Positions 38,448-47,663 of a stretch of 64,000 nucleotides of DNA are shown here, piece after piece; position 1 is the stretch's first letter, and each line of letters begins with the position of its first letter. Made by a program: the position numbers and the translations under genes. The notes beneath the pieces were generated by a model that made no database searches, was not told the origin of the DNA, and worked only from the letters and a program-made list of their open reading frames with translations. Source of the stretch: Selenomonadaceae bacterium (GTDB lineage Bacteria; Bacillota; Clostridia; Oscillospirales; CAG-272); NCBI GenBank assembly GCA_963598415.1, contig CAVBUH010000030.1, positions 38,850 to 102,849 on the forward strand. The letters run 5' to 3'.

Positions 38448-39182
38448 ATGAAAGGAAAACAACGCTGCAGAATTCTGAAGGAAATCCGAAAAGAGATAGC
38501 CAAAAGCAATGACATCGAATACGTAGTTTCCGAATGTAAGCATCAGGGAGATTGCGCAGGGACCTGCCCGAAGTGCGAGGCAGAAGTGCGGTATCTCGAA
38601 AAAGAGCTTGAAAAACGGCAGAGGGCTGGAAAAGCGATCGTATTTGCCGGAATAACCGCCGCAACCGTTACCGCGTCGGTCGGATGCTTGGACCGCAGTA
38701 TAGGAGCAGAACAAGGTGATTTGGCTCTTGACTCGCAAACGCTCTATACCGAGATTAGTGATGGACTGCTTTTGCCTCCGGATTCCGAATCCACAAATGT
38801 TATCGATTCAATAGAACTACCTATGGGACAAATTCCGGTTTCCGAATCCACAAGTGTTATCGATTCAATGGAGGAACTTATGGGAGAGCCGGTCTTATAT
38901 AGGAAAAGAGTTGACAACATTTCCGCCTGCCAACCGGATCAAAGTGAAAAAAAAGAGATGCCTGAGCTTTCCCAGCTTCTTGATATGGATGAAGCACAGA
39001 TTTTGAACTCTCTTGCCGGCTTTAAGAAAAGCGACGTATTATCTGCTTGGGGAGACAGTATTGCCGATACCTATCTTGAAAACGGCAATCGGTTTCTGCT
39101 TACTGAAGAATATATTGAATATACTATTGATGTCTACTATAATGCCAATGGAGATATCGATATCCTGGAAATAATATTCTGA
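38448..39182 (+). CDS. Hypothetical single-pass membrane protein with N-terminal Cx5Cx3Cx2C motif
   Basis: AAAGGAG RBS, then MKGKQRCRILKEIRKEIAKSN...ECKHQGDCAGTCPKCEAE and TM AIVFAGITAATVTASVG. There is an internal repeat ESTNVIDSIELPMGQ / ESTSVIDSMEELMGE. Confidence 0.6.
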   Translation: MKGKQRCRILKEIRKEIAKSNDIEYVVSECKHQGDCAGTCPKCEAEVRYLEKELEKRQRAGKAIVFAGITAATVTASVGCLDRSIGAEQGDLALDSQTLYTEISDGLLLPPDSESTNVIDSIELPMGQIPVSESTSVIDSMEELMGEPVLYRKRVDNISACQPDQSEKKEMPELSQLLDMDEAQILNSLAGFKKSDVLSAWGDSIADTYLENGNRFLLTEEYIEYTIDVYYNANGDIDILEIIF

Positions 39183-39823
39183 TGAATATAAAAGCTCCTT
39201 TTTTTGCCGTTTCCCGACACCGTATCGAAACGGACGGGAAAGGCGTGACTACGCTTGTCGGATTTCACGGATGCCCTTTGCGGTGCAAATACTGTCTTAA
39301 TCCCGAAAGTACAAGCGAAAAAACACCGGTTTTTTGTTTGACTCCGGAAGAATTGTATCAGAAGGTCAAGATTGATCAGCTTTATTTTCTCGCAAGCGGA
39401 GGGGGAGTGACCTTTGGTGGGGGAGAACCTCTTCTGTACACCGATTTCCTGAAAAAGTTCAGAGAACTGTGCGGGAGAGATTGGCGTCTCTGTGCCGAAA
39501 CCTCGCTTGCCGTTCCCGAAGAAAATCTGAGGCTTGCGGCGGACATTTTCGATAGCTTTTTCATTGACTGTAAGGATACCAATCCCGATATTTATTTTCG
39601 ATATACGGGAAAAAGCAACGAGGGAATGCTGAAAAACCTTTCTCTCCTTGCTTCTCTTGTTCCAAAGGAGCGGATCACCGTCCGTTTGCCGCTGATTCCG
39701 GGTTTCAACTCCGATAGAGACAGAGAAAAAAGCGAAACACTTCTGCGTTCACTTGGGATAATTCATTTTGACCGATTTACTTACCGCATATCGGAACAGA
39801 AAAAACAATCGATAAGTCTGTAA
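39182..39823 (+). CDS. Small radical SAM protein (activating-enzyme-like)
   Basis: 213 aa with GFHGCPLRCKYCLNPE (CxxxCxxC) and GGVTFGGGEPLL. The start overlaps the upstream stop (TGATG). Confidence 0.8.
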   Translation: MNIKAPFFAVSRHRIETDGKGVTTLVGFHGCPLRCKYCLNPESTSEKTPVFCLTPEELYQKVKIDQLYFLASGGGVTFGGGEPLLYTDFLKKFRELCGRDWRLCAETSLAVPEENLRLAADIFDSFFIDCKDTNPDIYFRYTGKSNEGMLKNLSLLASLVPKERITVRLPLIPGFNSDRDREKSETLLRSLGIIHFDRFTYRISEQKKQSISL

Positions 39824-39877
39824 TACAAAAAGCAAGAGCTTCTTCGCACAACTGCAGCTCTTGCTTTTTTCGTTTTT

Positions 39878-40306
39878 TCAGAGAAGGCCCCGCTTTTTGC
39901 AATCTCCGCACACACCGTAAAAAACGGTTTTAGAGCTGTCCACAGAAAAGCCATGTTCTTCCTGCATATGCTCCGCTATACGGCTCAGTTCCTCACATTC
40001 GACATGAATCAGCTTACCGCAGCCTACGCATTTGAGATGAAAATGCTCGCGGCAGCTTTTCTCATATTCGGTGCCGACAAGCTGATAACAGGCGGCGGTC
40101 GTTCCGTCGATAACATATTTTCGCAGATTTCCCGTTTCAGCCAGATGGTCTATCATACGGTAAACCGTTGCCTGACCTATCGCATTCCCGCGACTATTCA
40201 AGCGTGCCACAATGTCAGAGGCGGTAAAATGCTCCCCGCCAAGCTCCAAAATACAGTTTAGTATTTCCTGCCGTTGCTTTGTCTTATATATCTGTTTTTC
40301 ACTCAT
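39878..40306 (-). CDS. Fur-family metalloregulator
   Basis: 142 aa with KQRQEILNCI...ATVYRMIDHL...HFHLKCVGCGKL...GVCGDCKK (two CxxC pairs). Confidence 0.85.
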   Translation of the reverse strand: MSEKQIYKTKQRQEILNCILELGGEHFTASDIVARLNSRGNAIGQATVYRMIDHLAETGNLRKYVIDGTTAACYQLVGTEYEKSCREHFHLKCVGCGKLIHVECEELSRIAEHMQEEHGFSVDSSKTVFYGVCGDCKKRGLL

Positions 40307-41493
40307 TTTTTTACTTCACTGTTCTTTTTGTTTTTTCTGTTCCCAAGCCATATTGCTATGCACAGAGAGACTGCGGCAATTACGGCGATTGATGTCATTA
40401 TAATACCGATTCTCTGGGTAGACTTTGCGGAATCGGATACTTCAGGCTCAACGAAAGCTTCCCTTTCGGCGATTTCGCTCTCGGAGCGTTTCGACTCGTT
40501 TGAGTATGATGGTCCATCGGCAGCCGTGTCTTCAGTGATTATGATATGTGTTGAAGAGCTGAAATCAGCTGCTGAAGTTTCTATACCTACGGAAGTTTCA
40601 TCGGGTAATGTATGATTCGATTCGGTTACATTTTCAGGTGTGACAGGTACCGTGGTTTGAGTGTCTTCCTCTGTACCGGATGAGGCTTGTTTTTCTGTTG
40701 TAACCGCAGGAAGTGTAGTATTCTGTTTTGTTTCAAACGATGTTGTTTCGGCGGCATCTGATCCTGCCGATACTTCGCAGTCAGTTGTTTCAGTCATTGC
40801 CTCGGTTGCTTTTGTCGGCGGTTCCGTTAATTCGACCGTTTCAGGCTTTTCCGGTACTAAGGCTTTTCCGATATAAGCGAGCAGAGCAGAGGCGATGGCG
40901 TCGGCAATCAAATCAAATTCTGCGTCAAGCTTAGCGTTCTCCGCTTCGTTGTTGATAAATCCAAGCTCTATTAATATGGCAGGCATTGCCGTTTCTCTAA
41001 GCACCGCAAAATTTGCCTGCTTGACTCCTCTGTTATAAAAGCCCAGTGAAACAAGCGAATTTTGTACAGCCGTTGCAATTTTTGCCGCCGGAGAAGCTGG
41101 GGAAAGACTCGAATGATAATATACCTCCACGCCGTTTCCGACAGTCGATGCCGAATTGCGATGGAAACTCACAAAATATTCCGCCCCGACAGCATTGGCA
41201 TATTGAGCACGCTCGCTCAGACTTACTGCTGAATCATCGGCGCGCGTAAAAAGCACCTTTTCTCCCGACCTTTGAAGCCGCCGGGCGACCGCAATTGCAA
41301 TATTGAGATTGTCTGTTTTTTCAAGTCTTCCCTGATAAGTTGCTCCCGGACTTGTGCCGCCGTGACCGGGATCAAAAACCCAATAATGTGCCTGTGCCTT
41401 TACCATCCCGTTCCGAAAGGGTAAAATAGCAAATATCGCAGTGAGCACTGCAGCAAGAGAAACAAGCCGAAGTGCCGAAGACGTTTTTTTCAT
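40303..41493 (-). CDS. N-acetylmuramoyl-L-alanine amidase (Amidase_3) with T/E/S-rich linker and C-terminal TM anchor
   Basis: Signal peptide, then DPGHGG...FVSFHRNS...AILIELGFINN. C-terminal hydrophobic helix IGIIMTSIAVIAAVSLCIAIWL. 4-nt overlap with the fur-family start. Confidence 0.85.
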   Translation of the reverse strand: MKKTSSALRLVSLAAVLTAIFAILPFRNGMVKAQAHYWVFDPGHGGTSPGATYQGRLEKTDNLNIAIAVARRLQRSGEKVLFTRADDSAVSLSERAQYANAVGAEYFVSFHRNSASTVGNGVEVYYHSSLSPASPAAKIATAVQNSLVSLGFYNRGVKQANFAVLRETAMPAILIELGFINNEAENAKLDAEFDLIADAIASALLAYIGKALVPEKPETVELTEPPTKATEAMTETTDCEVSAGSDAAETTSFETKQNTTLPAVTTEKQASSGTEEDTQTTVPVTPENVTESNHTLPDETSVGIETSAADFSSSTHIIITEDTAADGPSYSNESKRSESEIAEREAFVEPEVSDSAKSTQRIGIIMTSIAVIAAVSLCIAIWLGNRKNKKNSEVKK

Positions 41494-41521
41494 ACTGGTT
41501 TTCCCTTAAGATAATTTTTCG

Positions 41522-41687
41522 TTAAGGCGATACCGCACAATGATTGCTGCGCAGATGCGCCGCCGGATTTTTCGTCAGACGATGCAAATTGAGGAGACAA
41601 GAGCGGCTCCTCTGTCGACGAAATTGGTGAAGTATGACGGAATAGAGGCAAGCATATGCGTTAGCCGTGCACCCGGTATTGCCTTAA
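41522..41687 (+). repeat. Repeat family C copy 4
   Basis: TTAAGGCGATACCGCACAATGATTGC...CCCGGTATTGCCTTAA. Its right terminal repeat contains the stop codon (41684-41686) of the RNA methyltransferase gene. Confidence 0.85.
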
Positions 41688-42979
41688 ATGCTGAAATCGG
41701 TTACACATTCAACAGCGCTGGTTCCCGGAAACATATCGACAGGCGTTACCGGCGACATCTTATATCCGGCATTGACAAGCAGGGTGGCGTCTCGCGCAAG
41801 CGTTGACGGCTCGCAGGACACATATACAAGCTGCTTCGGTTTTTGTATACAAAGTCTGTCGATGAGTTCTTTTGACATTCCTTTTCTCGGAGGATCTATC
41901 ATAATACAGTCGAAGCCGTCAAGGGGTGAATGGAGTGCGTCTGCACAAATAAACTCTGCGTTTTTAATACCGTTTATCAGAGCATTCCGTCTTGCATTTT
42001 CGACAGCGGCAGGGATGATTTCCACTCCCGTCACAGAGAGTTCCGGATACGCTTTGGCAAAAGAAATGCCTATTGTTCCCGCCCCGCAATAGAGATCCGC
42101 TATTTTTTTCGGAGAAGCTGCTGCCGCCCTCTGTATAGCTTCATTATAGAGAAGCTCAGCCGCTCCTCTGTTCACCTGATAAAATGAAAGGCTCGATATA
42201 CCGAACCGACAGCCGCAGAGGATATCTTCGATAAGATCTTCTCCGTAAAGCACTCTGAGCTTTTTTCCGAGTATCACGTTCGTATTGTCGGGGTTAATAT
42301 TCAGAATGACACTTTTTATATCGGGGAAGCGTAAAACAACCTCGTCGGTAAACGTCCTTTCTTTCGGAAGGGAGTCCCTTTCCGACACAAGGCAAAGCAT
42401 GATATCCCCTGTCATCTGTCCTCGGCGGAGATAGATATGTCTGATTTTCGCTCCGCTTTTTCTGATATACTGTGATACAAACGCCGCAATCGGTTCAAAA
42501 CACGGATCGGAAAGCAGACAGGTATCGCTCTTAATGATATCGTGTGTATGTCTTGCGTAATAACCGTAGCTTCCGTCAGAGGAGACGGGATACTGCACCT
42601 TGTTGCGATAACCGCAGATTTTTCCGTCGGTAAGCACGCCGTTAATTTTCGCGTCCAAGCGGTTTTTTCTGAAAGCTGACAATACAAAGTTTCGTTTAAG
42701 TTCAAGCTCATATTCTCGCTTTATATTCCGAAAGGCGCACCCGCCACATCTTCCCGATACATCGCAGGCGCTTTTTACGCGGTACGGTGAAGAAAAGATA
42801 ATTTTCTCAAGTCTTCCTACAGCGTAATCCTTTGCGATTTTGATGAGTTTTATTTCAAGACGATCCCCTGTCACGCCTCCGTCTGTAAAGATTGCCATAC
42901 CGTTCTCATGCGAAATACCGTAACCGAAATTGTTCATGTCGGTTACGTCGACGGTGAGGAGTTGATTTTTTTTTAGCAT
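41684..42979 (-). CDS. RumA/RlmD-family 23S rRNA (uracil-C5)-methyltransferase (TRAM + [4Fe-4S] + MTase)
   Basis: TRAM-like N-terminus, CDVSGRCGGCAF cluster motif, DLYCGAGTIG and DPPRKG. An alternative TTG start lies at 42991. Confidence 0.85.
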   Translation of the reverse strand: MLKKNQLLTVDVTDMNNFGYGISHENGMAIFTDGGVTGDRLEIKLIKIAKDYAVGRLEKIIFSSPYRVKSACDVSGRCGGCAFRNIKREYELELKRNFVLSAFRKNRLDAKINGVLTDGKICGYRNKVQYPVSSDGSYGYYARHTHDIIKSDTCLLSDPCFEPIAAFVSQYIRKSGAKIRHIYLRRGQMTGDIMLCLVSERDSLPKERTFTDEVVLRFPDIKSVILNINPDNTNVILGKKLRVLYGEDLIEDILCGCRFGISSLSFYQVNRGAAELLYNEAIQRAAAASPKKIADLYCGAGTIGISFAKAYPELSVTGVEIIPAAVENARRNALINGIKNAEFICADALHSPLDGFDCIMIDPPRKGMSKELIDRLCIQKPKQLVYVSCEPSTLARDATLLVNAGYKMSPVTPVDMFPGTSAVECVTDFSI

Positions 42980-43002
42980 AAATATACCCAACTAACTGTT
43001 TG

Positions 43003-44547
43003 TTACCAATATTTTCTGTCAAGCGAGCGGAGCTGTATCGCCTCCGCGATATGATTTACCTGAATGGTTTCGCTCTTGTCAAGATCGGCAATCGTTCTTG
43101 ACAAGCGGAGTATTCTGTCATATCCTCTGCCGGAAAGTCCCATTTTATCGAAGGCGTTTCTGAGCAGTCTTTCTGCATCGGAGGACAGAGAACAGTATTT
43201 TCTGATCTGCCTTGAGCTCAGCGAAGCATTTGAAAAAATCTTTTCTCCGTTTTCTGCATACCGATTAACCGCAAGTCTTCTTGCTTCGACAACACGCTTC
43301 CTGATATCTGCCGAGGATTCCGAAGGGCGGGTGCCGGACAGTTCTTCATAGGATAAAGGCGGTACCTCAATCTGGATATCGATCCTGTCGAGGAGTGGTC
43401 CGCTTATCCGCTGTAGGTATTCCCGGATATCTTTTTTACGACAGGTACACTGTCTTGTTGGGTGACCGAAATATCCGCACCGGCAGGGATTCATCGCGCA
43501 CACAAGCATAAAAGAACTGGGGAAGGTTACCCGTCCGGTCGCTCTTGTTATCGTGATAGAATGATCCTCAAGAGGCTGACGAAGCACCTCGGTAGACGGT
43601 TTTGAAAATTCCGGAAGCTCGTCAAGAAATAATACCCCGTTGTGTGCAAGTGAAATTTCTCCCGGTATTGGAACAGTGCCTCCACCGGCAAGTGCTACGG
43701 GAGAAAGTGTATGATGGGGAGCCCGAAACGGTCTTGCGGTAAGCAGAGAAACCCCGTCGGGGAGAATTCCCGCTACGGAATGAAGCTTGGTTGTTCCGAT
43801 TGCCTCCTCAAAGCTGAGAGGCGGCAAAATGGACGGAAGCCGCTTGGCAAGCATGCTTTTTCCGGTTCCCGGAGAACCGATCATCAGCACATTATGCCCT
43901 CCCGCCGCAGCAATCTCAAGCGCTCTTTTGGCCTTATCCTGTCCTTTTACATCGGCAAAATCAAGTTCAAAGCTGTTTATTCCGTTCTCAAAAATACCCA
44001 TATCGAATATGGTCGGAGACATGAGCACCTCTCCTCTGAGATGTGCAATAAGTTCTTTCACATTATGTACTCCGTAAATCTCGGCGCCGTCTGTGACAGA
44101 TGCTTCACCTGCATTTTCGGCAGGAACAAATATTTTTTTCTTTCCTGCATCTCTTGCCGCCAAGCACATACAAAGCGCTCCTCGAACTCCCCTCACCTCA
44201 CCGGACAGCGAAAGCTCCCCGATAAAGCAGGTAGATGAAACATCCTCCGGTAGACGGAGTGCTCCGCAGCTTCCGAGTATTCCTATTAAAAGGGCAAGGT
44301 CATAGGCAGATCCCTGTTTCTTTTTGTCGGCAGGCGCCATGTTTACGGTTATATCCGCCTCGGGAAATTCAAAGCCGCTGTTTTCAACAGCCGCTTTGAT
44401 TCTCTCTCTCGCCTCTCTTACCGCCGCGTCGGGAAGCCCGACCACTTCGAATTTAGCAAGTCTGTTGGCACAGTTGCATTCGACTGTGACTGAAAATCCG
44501 TCTATTCCGTTTAATCCCGCCGAGTACACGGTTTGAAGCATAGTCAA
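43003..44547 (-). CDS. comM: YifB/ComM-family Mg-chelatase-like AAA ATPase
   Basis: 514 aa with a Lon-like N-domain, [11 protein letters not shown] and [11 protein letters not shown]. Confidence 0.9.
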   Translation of the reverse strand: MTMLQTVYSAGLNGIDGFSVTVECNCANRLAKFEVVGLPDAAVREARERIKAAVENSGFEFPEADITVNMAPADKKKQGSAYDLALLIGILGSCGALRLPEDVSSTCFIGELSLSGEVRGVRGALCMCLAARDAGKKKIFVPAENAGEASVTDGAEIYGVHNVKELIAHLRGEVLMSPTIFDMGIFENGINSFELDFADVKGQDKAKRALEIAAAGGHNVLMIGSPGTGKSMLAKRLPSILPPLSFEEAIGTTKLHSVAGILPDGVSLLTARPFRAPHHTLSPVALAGGGTVPIPGEISLAHNGVLFLDELPEFSKPSTEVLRQPLEDHSITITRATGRVTFPSSFMLVCAMNPCRCGYFGHPTRQCTCRKKDIREYLQRISGPLLDRIDIQIEVPPLSYEELSGTRPSESSADIRKRVVEARRLAVNRYAENGEKIFSNASLSSRQIRKYCSLSSDAERLLRNAFDKMGLSGRGYDRILRLSRTIADLDKSETIQVNHIAEAIQLRSLDRKYW

Positions 44548-44785
44548 TTCCTCCGTTGAAATTTTTGAGCAGTCAGAAGAAATATTTCTGCCCTGTTGTC
44601 TTTTTTATGAGAAAAGAGTATATTTTAAGAGTATAGGCAAAATAGAGTTAGAATTTTGCCTATACCTTATTTAGGGTACTTTTTGAAAAATCACCCTGAA
44701 AAACCGTAAAACTCTAAAAAGGTTCTTAAGAGTGAATCTCTCTAAGCAGGGCGGAACCCCGCATAATACCTTGTTATCAGTCTGT

Positions 44786-44963
44786 GGGCTATCGCACTAA
44801 CGTGCGACTGCTCCACGAAGTCGGGTTTTGCGGATGAAATCCGCAATTTTGACCATTTAAGTTCATAATAATCCAAAGAAAATACAGTCAAAAACACCCG
44901 ATTCGGCATTTTCCCGGTCGGGAAACTGTGAAAATGCCGGGCTTGTTGCTTAACGCAACAGCC
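44786..44963 (-). repeat. Repeat family A copy 4
   Basis: Reverse complement of the family A consensus, with an insertion in the GGCATTTTCCC hairpin similar to copy 2. Confidence 0.8.
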
Positions 44964-45066
44964 GGTTGTTTTTTTTGTTTGTTTCTTGAAAAGAAACAGG
45001 GTGTGAGCCAGAGCTCAATAAACCATAAGTCTCAATAACAGAGAAAGTAAAATTCTATCGTTTTCT

Positions 45067-46041
45067 CTATTTTACATTAAACACATTTAATTCACTGTAT
45101 AGCGTTTTATATTTTACCGTAATTTCGGAAGCTTTCTTGTCAAGCATCTCATTGAAAATCCTCGCACAGTAAGAGGTTCTGAAATCCTCGAAATGATCAT
45201 CGACATATTCGTTATCAATCGGTAAACGCTGAATGACATAATAAGCATAACCCATGTCGATTACTTCGGAAATCTCGTTTTCTTCAAGCTCAAGTACGAC
45301 GTCCTCAATTTCTTCGGCTATGCTGCCAAGTGTGAAATAGTAACCGTTCTCCAGCTTTTCCTCCATGGTATCATCTTCGCCGTATTCCGATATAAGCTCC
45401 TTAAAGTCATTGCCTGATGCGGCAAGCGCCCGTATCTTTTGGGAGAGGGCAAGGTTTTCGGATTTATCATCGTTTTCATCATTGGATATCATAATATATC
45501 TGATGTTTCTGAAATTAACCGGAATATCGGTAAGGATAATATCATCTCCGCACTTAATAATTCCGGATGCTTCACTTGTTACATAATTGTACAAATTGTC
45601 CCAGATTATGGTGATTTTCTGCACATATCTGAGGGAATACTCTGTGAGATAAGAAACGGCGAGGGATTCTTTAAATTTATCCTCTCCTCCAAGCTGTTCC
45701 TTGGAGTTTTTAATATAATCATCGATATATTTTTTTTCATCTTTAGTAAGCCGTATGTCGTATTCCTCCGCGAGCTCTGTAATGGCTTTGTTGCGAAGCA
45801 AAGTTTCCATCACAGAATCTGTAAGTTCAAGCTGACCGGTATAATTATTTTCCCAATAATTATCGTCCTGACCGTATGCTAAGTCATCACGGGTGTTGAG
45901 AAAGATATATTTATAATAGTCGTAATAAATTTTCTCTCCGTCAAGAGTGAGCACTACTCGGCTGTCCTCCGGCTTCACGCCGCAGGAGGTCAGGGATAGT
46001 ATTAACAGGAAAACGAGGAAAAGAACAAAAAATTTTTTCAT
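45067..46041 (-). CDS. PrsA/SurA-like lipoprotein (degenerate parvulin PPIase domain)
   Basis: Lipobox LSLTSC. C-terminal half IRYIMISNDE...GNDFKELISEYGED...GYYFTLG...GYAYYVIQRL resembles parvulin-type foldases. Confidence 0.65.
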   Translation of the reverse strand: MKKFFVLFLVFLLILSLTSCGVKPEDSRVVLTLDGEKIYYDYYKYIFLNTRDDLAYGQDDNYWENNYTGQLELTDSVMETLLRNKAITELAEEYDIRLTKDEKKYIDDYIKNSKEQLGGEDKFKESLAVSYLTEYSLRYVQKITIIWDNLYNYVTSEASGIIKCGDDIILTDIPVNFRNIRYIMISNDENDDKSENLALSQKIRALAASGNDFKELISEYGEDDTMEEKLENGYYFTLGSIAEEIEDVVLELEENEISEVIDMGYAYYVIQRLPIDNEYVDDHFEDFRTSYCARIFNEMLDKKASEITVKYKTLYSELNVFNVK

Positions 46042-46136
46042 AATGCTGCTGCCTTTATATATTTTATCGGAGCGAAGTCTAAGTTTTCCGTTTTTTCAAG
46101 AAGCCGCCGCGTTTTCCTGCGGCGGCTTCTTAGAAA

Positions 46137-47663
46137 TCAGTTTTTATCGTCGGAATTGATCGGGAGACCGTTTATCATACGGTCGGTATCCCGGAGAAGC
46201 TTTTCTACATTGTCCCGAAGGACATAGAATTCGCCTTTTCCGTTTATTGTATAGAAACAACGCCTTGTAGAGTAAGTGTAGAACTTGTATTCAAGGGTTT
46301 CCCCGCTGTCAAGTTCAATTATCATTTCAGCAAGAGGAGTCATAGCGTCGGTATCCGTTGTATCGGAATAATCCTGAAGCCGTATTCCGAGCATAACCTT
46401 ATAAAGCTGACGGAAATTTTTAACACTGTCGGCGTCATACGGTTTTGCGCCTCCGTTTTGCTTGATGATAATCGTTTCACCTTCTCCCTCAAGGGTAAAG
46501 TAAGCGTCGACATCAAGCTTATCCTCGCCGTTGTCTATTTTACCCTTAATGGTAATTTTGCTTACATCATTGATATTTTCTCCGAAAAGAGGAGGATCAA
46601 CGAATTTGAGAAGTCCCCAATTGATAAACGCGGCATTTGAAATGTTAATCTTGGCAACAAGATTATAAATAAGGGAATATGCGTACATATCTCCATTTTC
46701 GTCCTGTTTGCTGAAAGAAATATAGGTGTCGATATCGTCGCATTTATAATGTATAAGATAATACGGATTTTCAATATCAATGCCGTATTTTTCTTTCAGC
46801 ATATCGGCGTCGAGTTCATCCACTTCGCTTCCGCAGGCAACCGTTTCCCCGCCTGAAAAGCTGCCGAATACTTCAAGCAGAGCACTGTAGGTTGACAGAT
46901 TCGGAGAGTATCCGGAAGGGTATTTCATGTCATATGACATAGTTCCGTCCTCTTTTCCGCTTTCCTCTGCGGAAAGAGTATCAATCCAAATGAACATTTC
47001 ACCGTCTTTTATGATTTGGAAATCGTCAACCTTTGTCATATTAGCGGTAGATATCGGATAACCGAGGCTCGGCGTAATAAGCGTCCTTACATCGGCAAGA
47101 AGCGTTGAGGAAAGACTGGTATCCAGTACATATACGGCTTTTCGCCCCTCATACATACAATAATATCCGCCGCCCGTGGGTATGAGATCTCCGATATATA
47201 CTTTATGGGTGGTACCATCCATCTGTGTGAGAAGATACCAGGCGGGAGAGTCACTCTCTCCGAGCCCGTAAACAGAAAGGTCTTCGTTCATATCATCGAG
47301 GCGTTTCATGGAGAGAGTATATCCAGAGCTTACAACAAGAGAAGAAAGCATTTCCAGACTGTAGGGCGCCCCTTCCATACCTTTGATATAGAAGTTGTCA
47401 TTGTCTCCGTTATAGCCTCTGTAAAAGGTATAGGTGCCGTGCTCATTATGCACTTCGATGCTGAGGATATCTGCCTTTTGCGCATGAGGAAACATAAGAA
47501 TGCGGTTATTGGAACCGAGCACCTCTCCTTCAAGCAGCACAGGCGGTTCGTCCTCGGTTTCTTCAGTAACAAGCAGGGGTTTAACAAAAACCAAAAAAGC
47601 AATCAAAAGTAACACAAATGCCGCCGCGCAAATGATTATGGTGCGTGTTTGCTTTTTTATCAT
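46137..47663 (-). CDS. DUF4340-like membrane-anchored protein of the GldG-type ABC cluster
   Basis: 508 aa with an N-terminal TM. 4-nt overlap with the upstream GldG-like gene. The family call rests on recalled neighbourhood. Confidence 0.6.
   Translation of the reverse strand: MIKKQTRTIIICAAAFVLLLIAFLVFVKPLLVTEETEDEPPVLLEGEVLGSNNRILMFPHAQKADILSIEVHNEHGTYTFYRGYNGDNDNFYIKGMEGAPYSLEMLSSLVVSSGYTLSMKRLDDMNEDLSVYGLGESDSPAWYLLTQMDGTTHKVYIGDLIPTGGGYYCMYEGRKAVYVLDTSLSSTLLADVRTLITPSLGYPISTANMTKVDDFQIIKDGEMFIWIDTLSAEESGKEDGTMSYDMKYPSGYSPNLSTYSALLEVFGSFSGGETVACGSEVDELDADMLKEKYGIDIENPYYLIHYKCDDIDTYISFSKQDENGDMYAYSLIYNLVAKINISNAAFINWGLLKFVDPPLFGENINDVSKITIKGKIDNGEDKLDVDAYFTLEGEGETIIIKQNGGAKPYDADSVKNFRQLYKVMLGIRLQDYSDTTDTDAMTPLAEMIIELDSGETLEYKFYTYSTRRCFYTINGKGEFYVLRDNVEKLLRDTDRMINGLPINSDDKN

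Noticed and set aside
17809-45066. CRISPR array
   Set aside because: The repeats are 55-190 nt, dispersed over kilobases in both orientations, not regularly spaced by unique spacers, and no cas genes are present.
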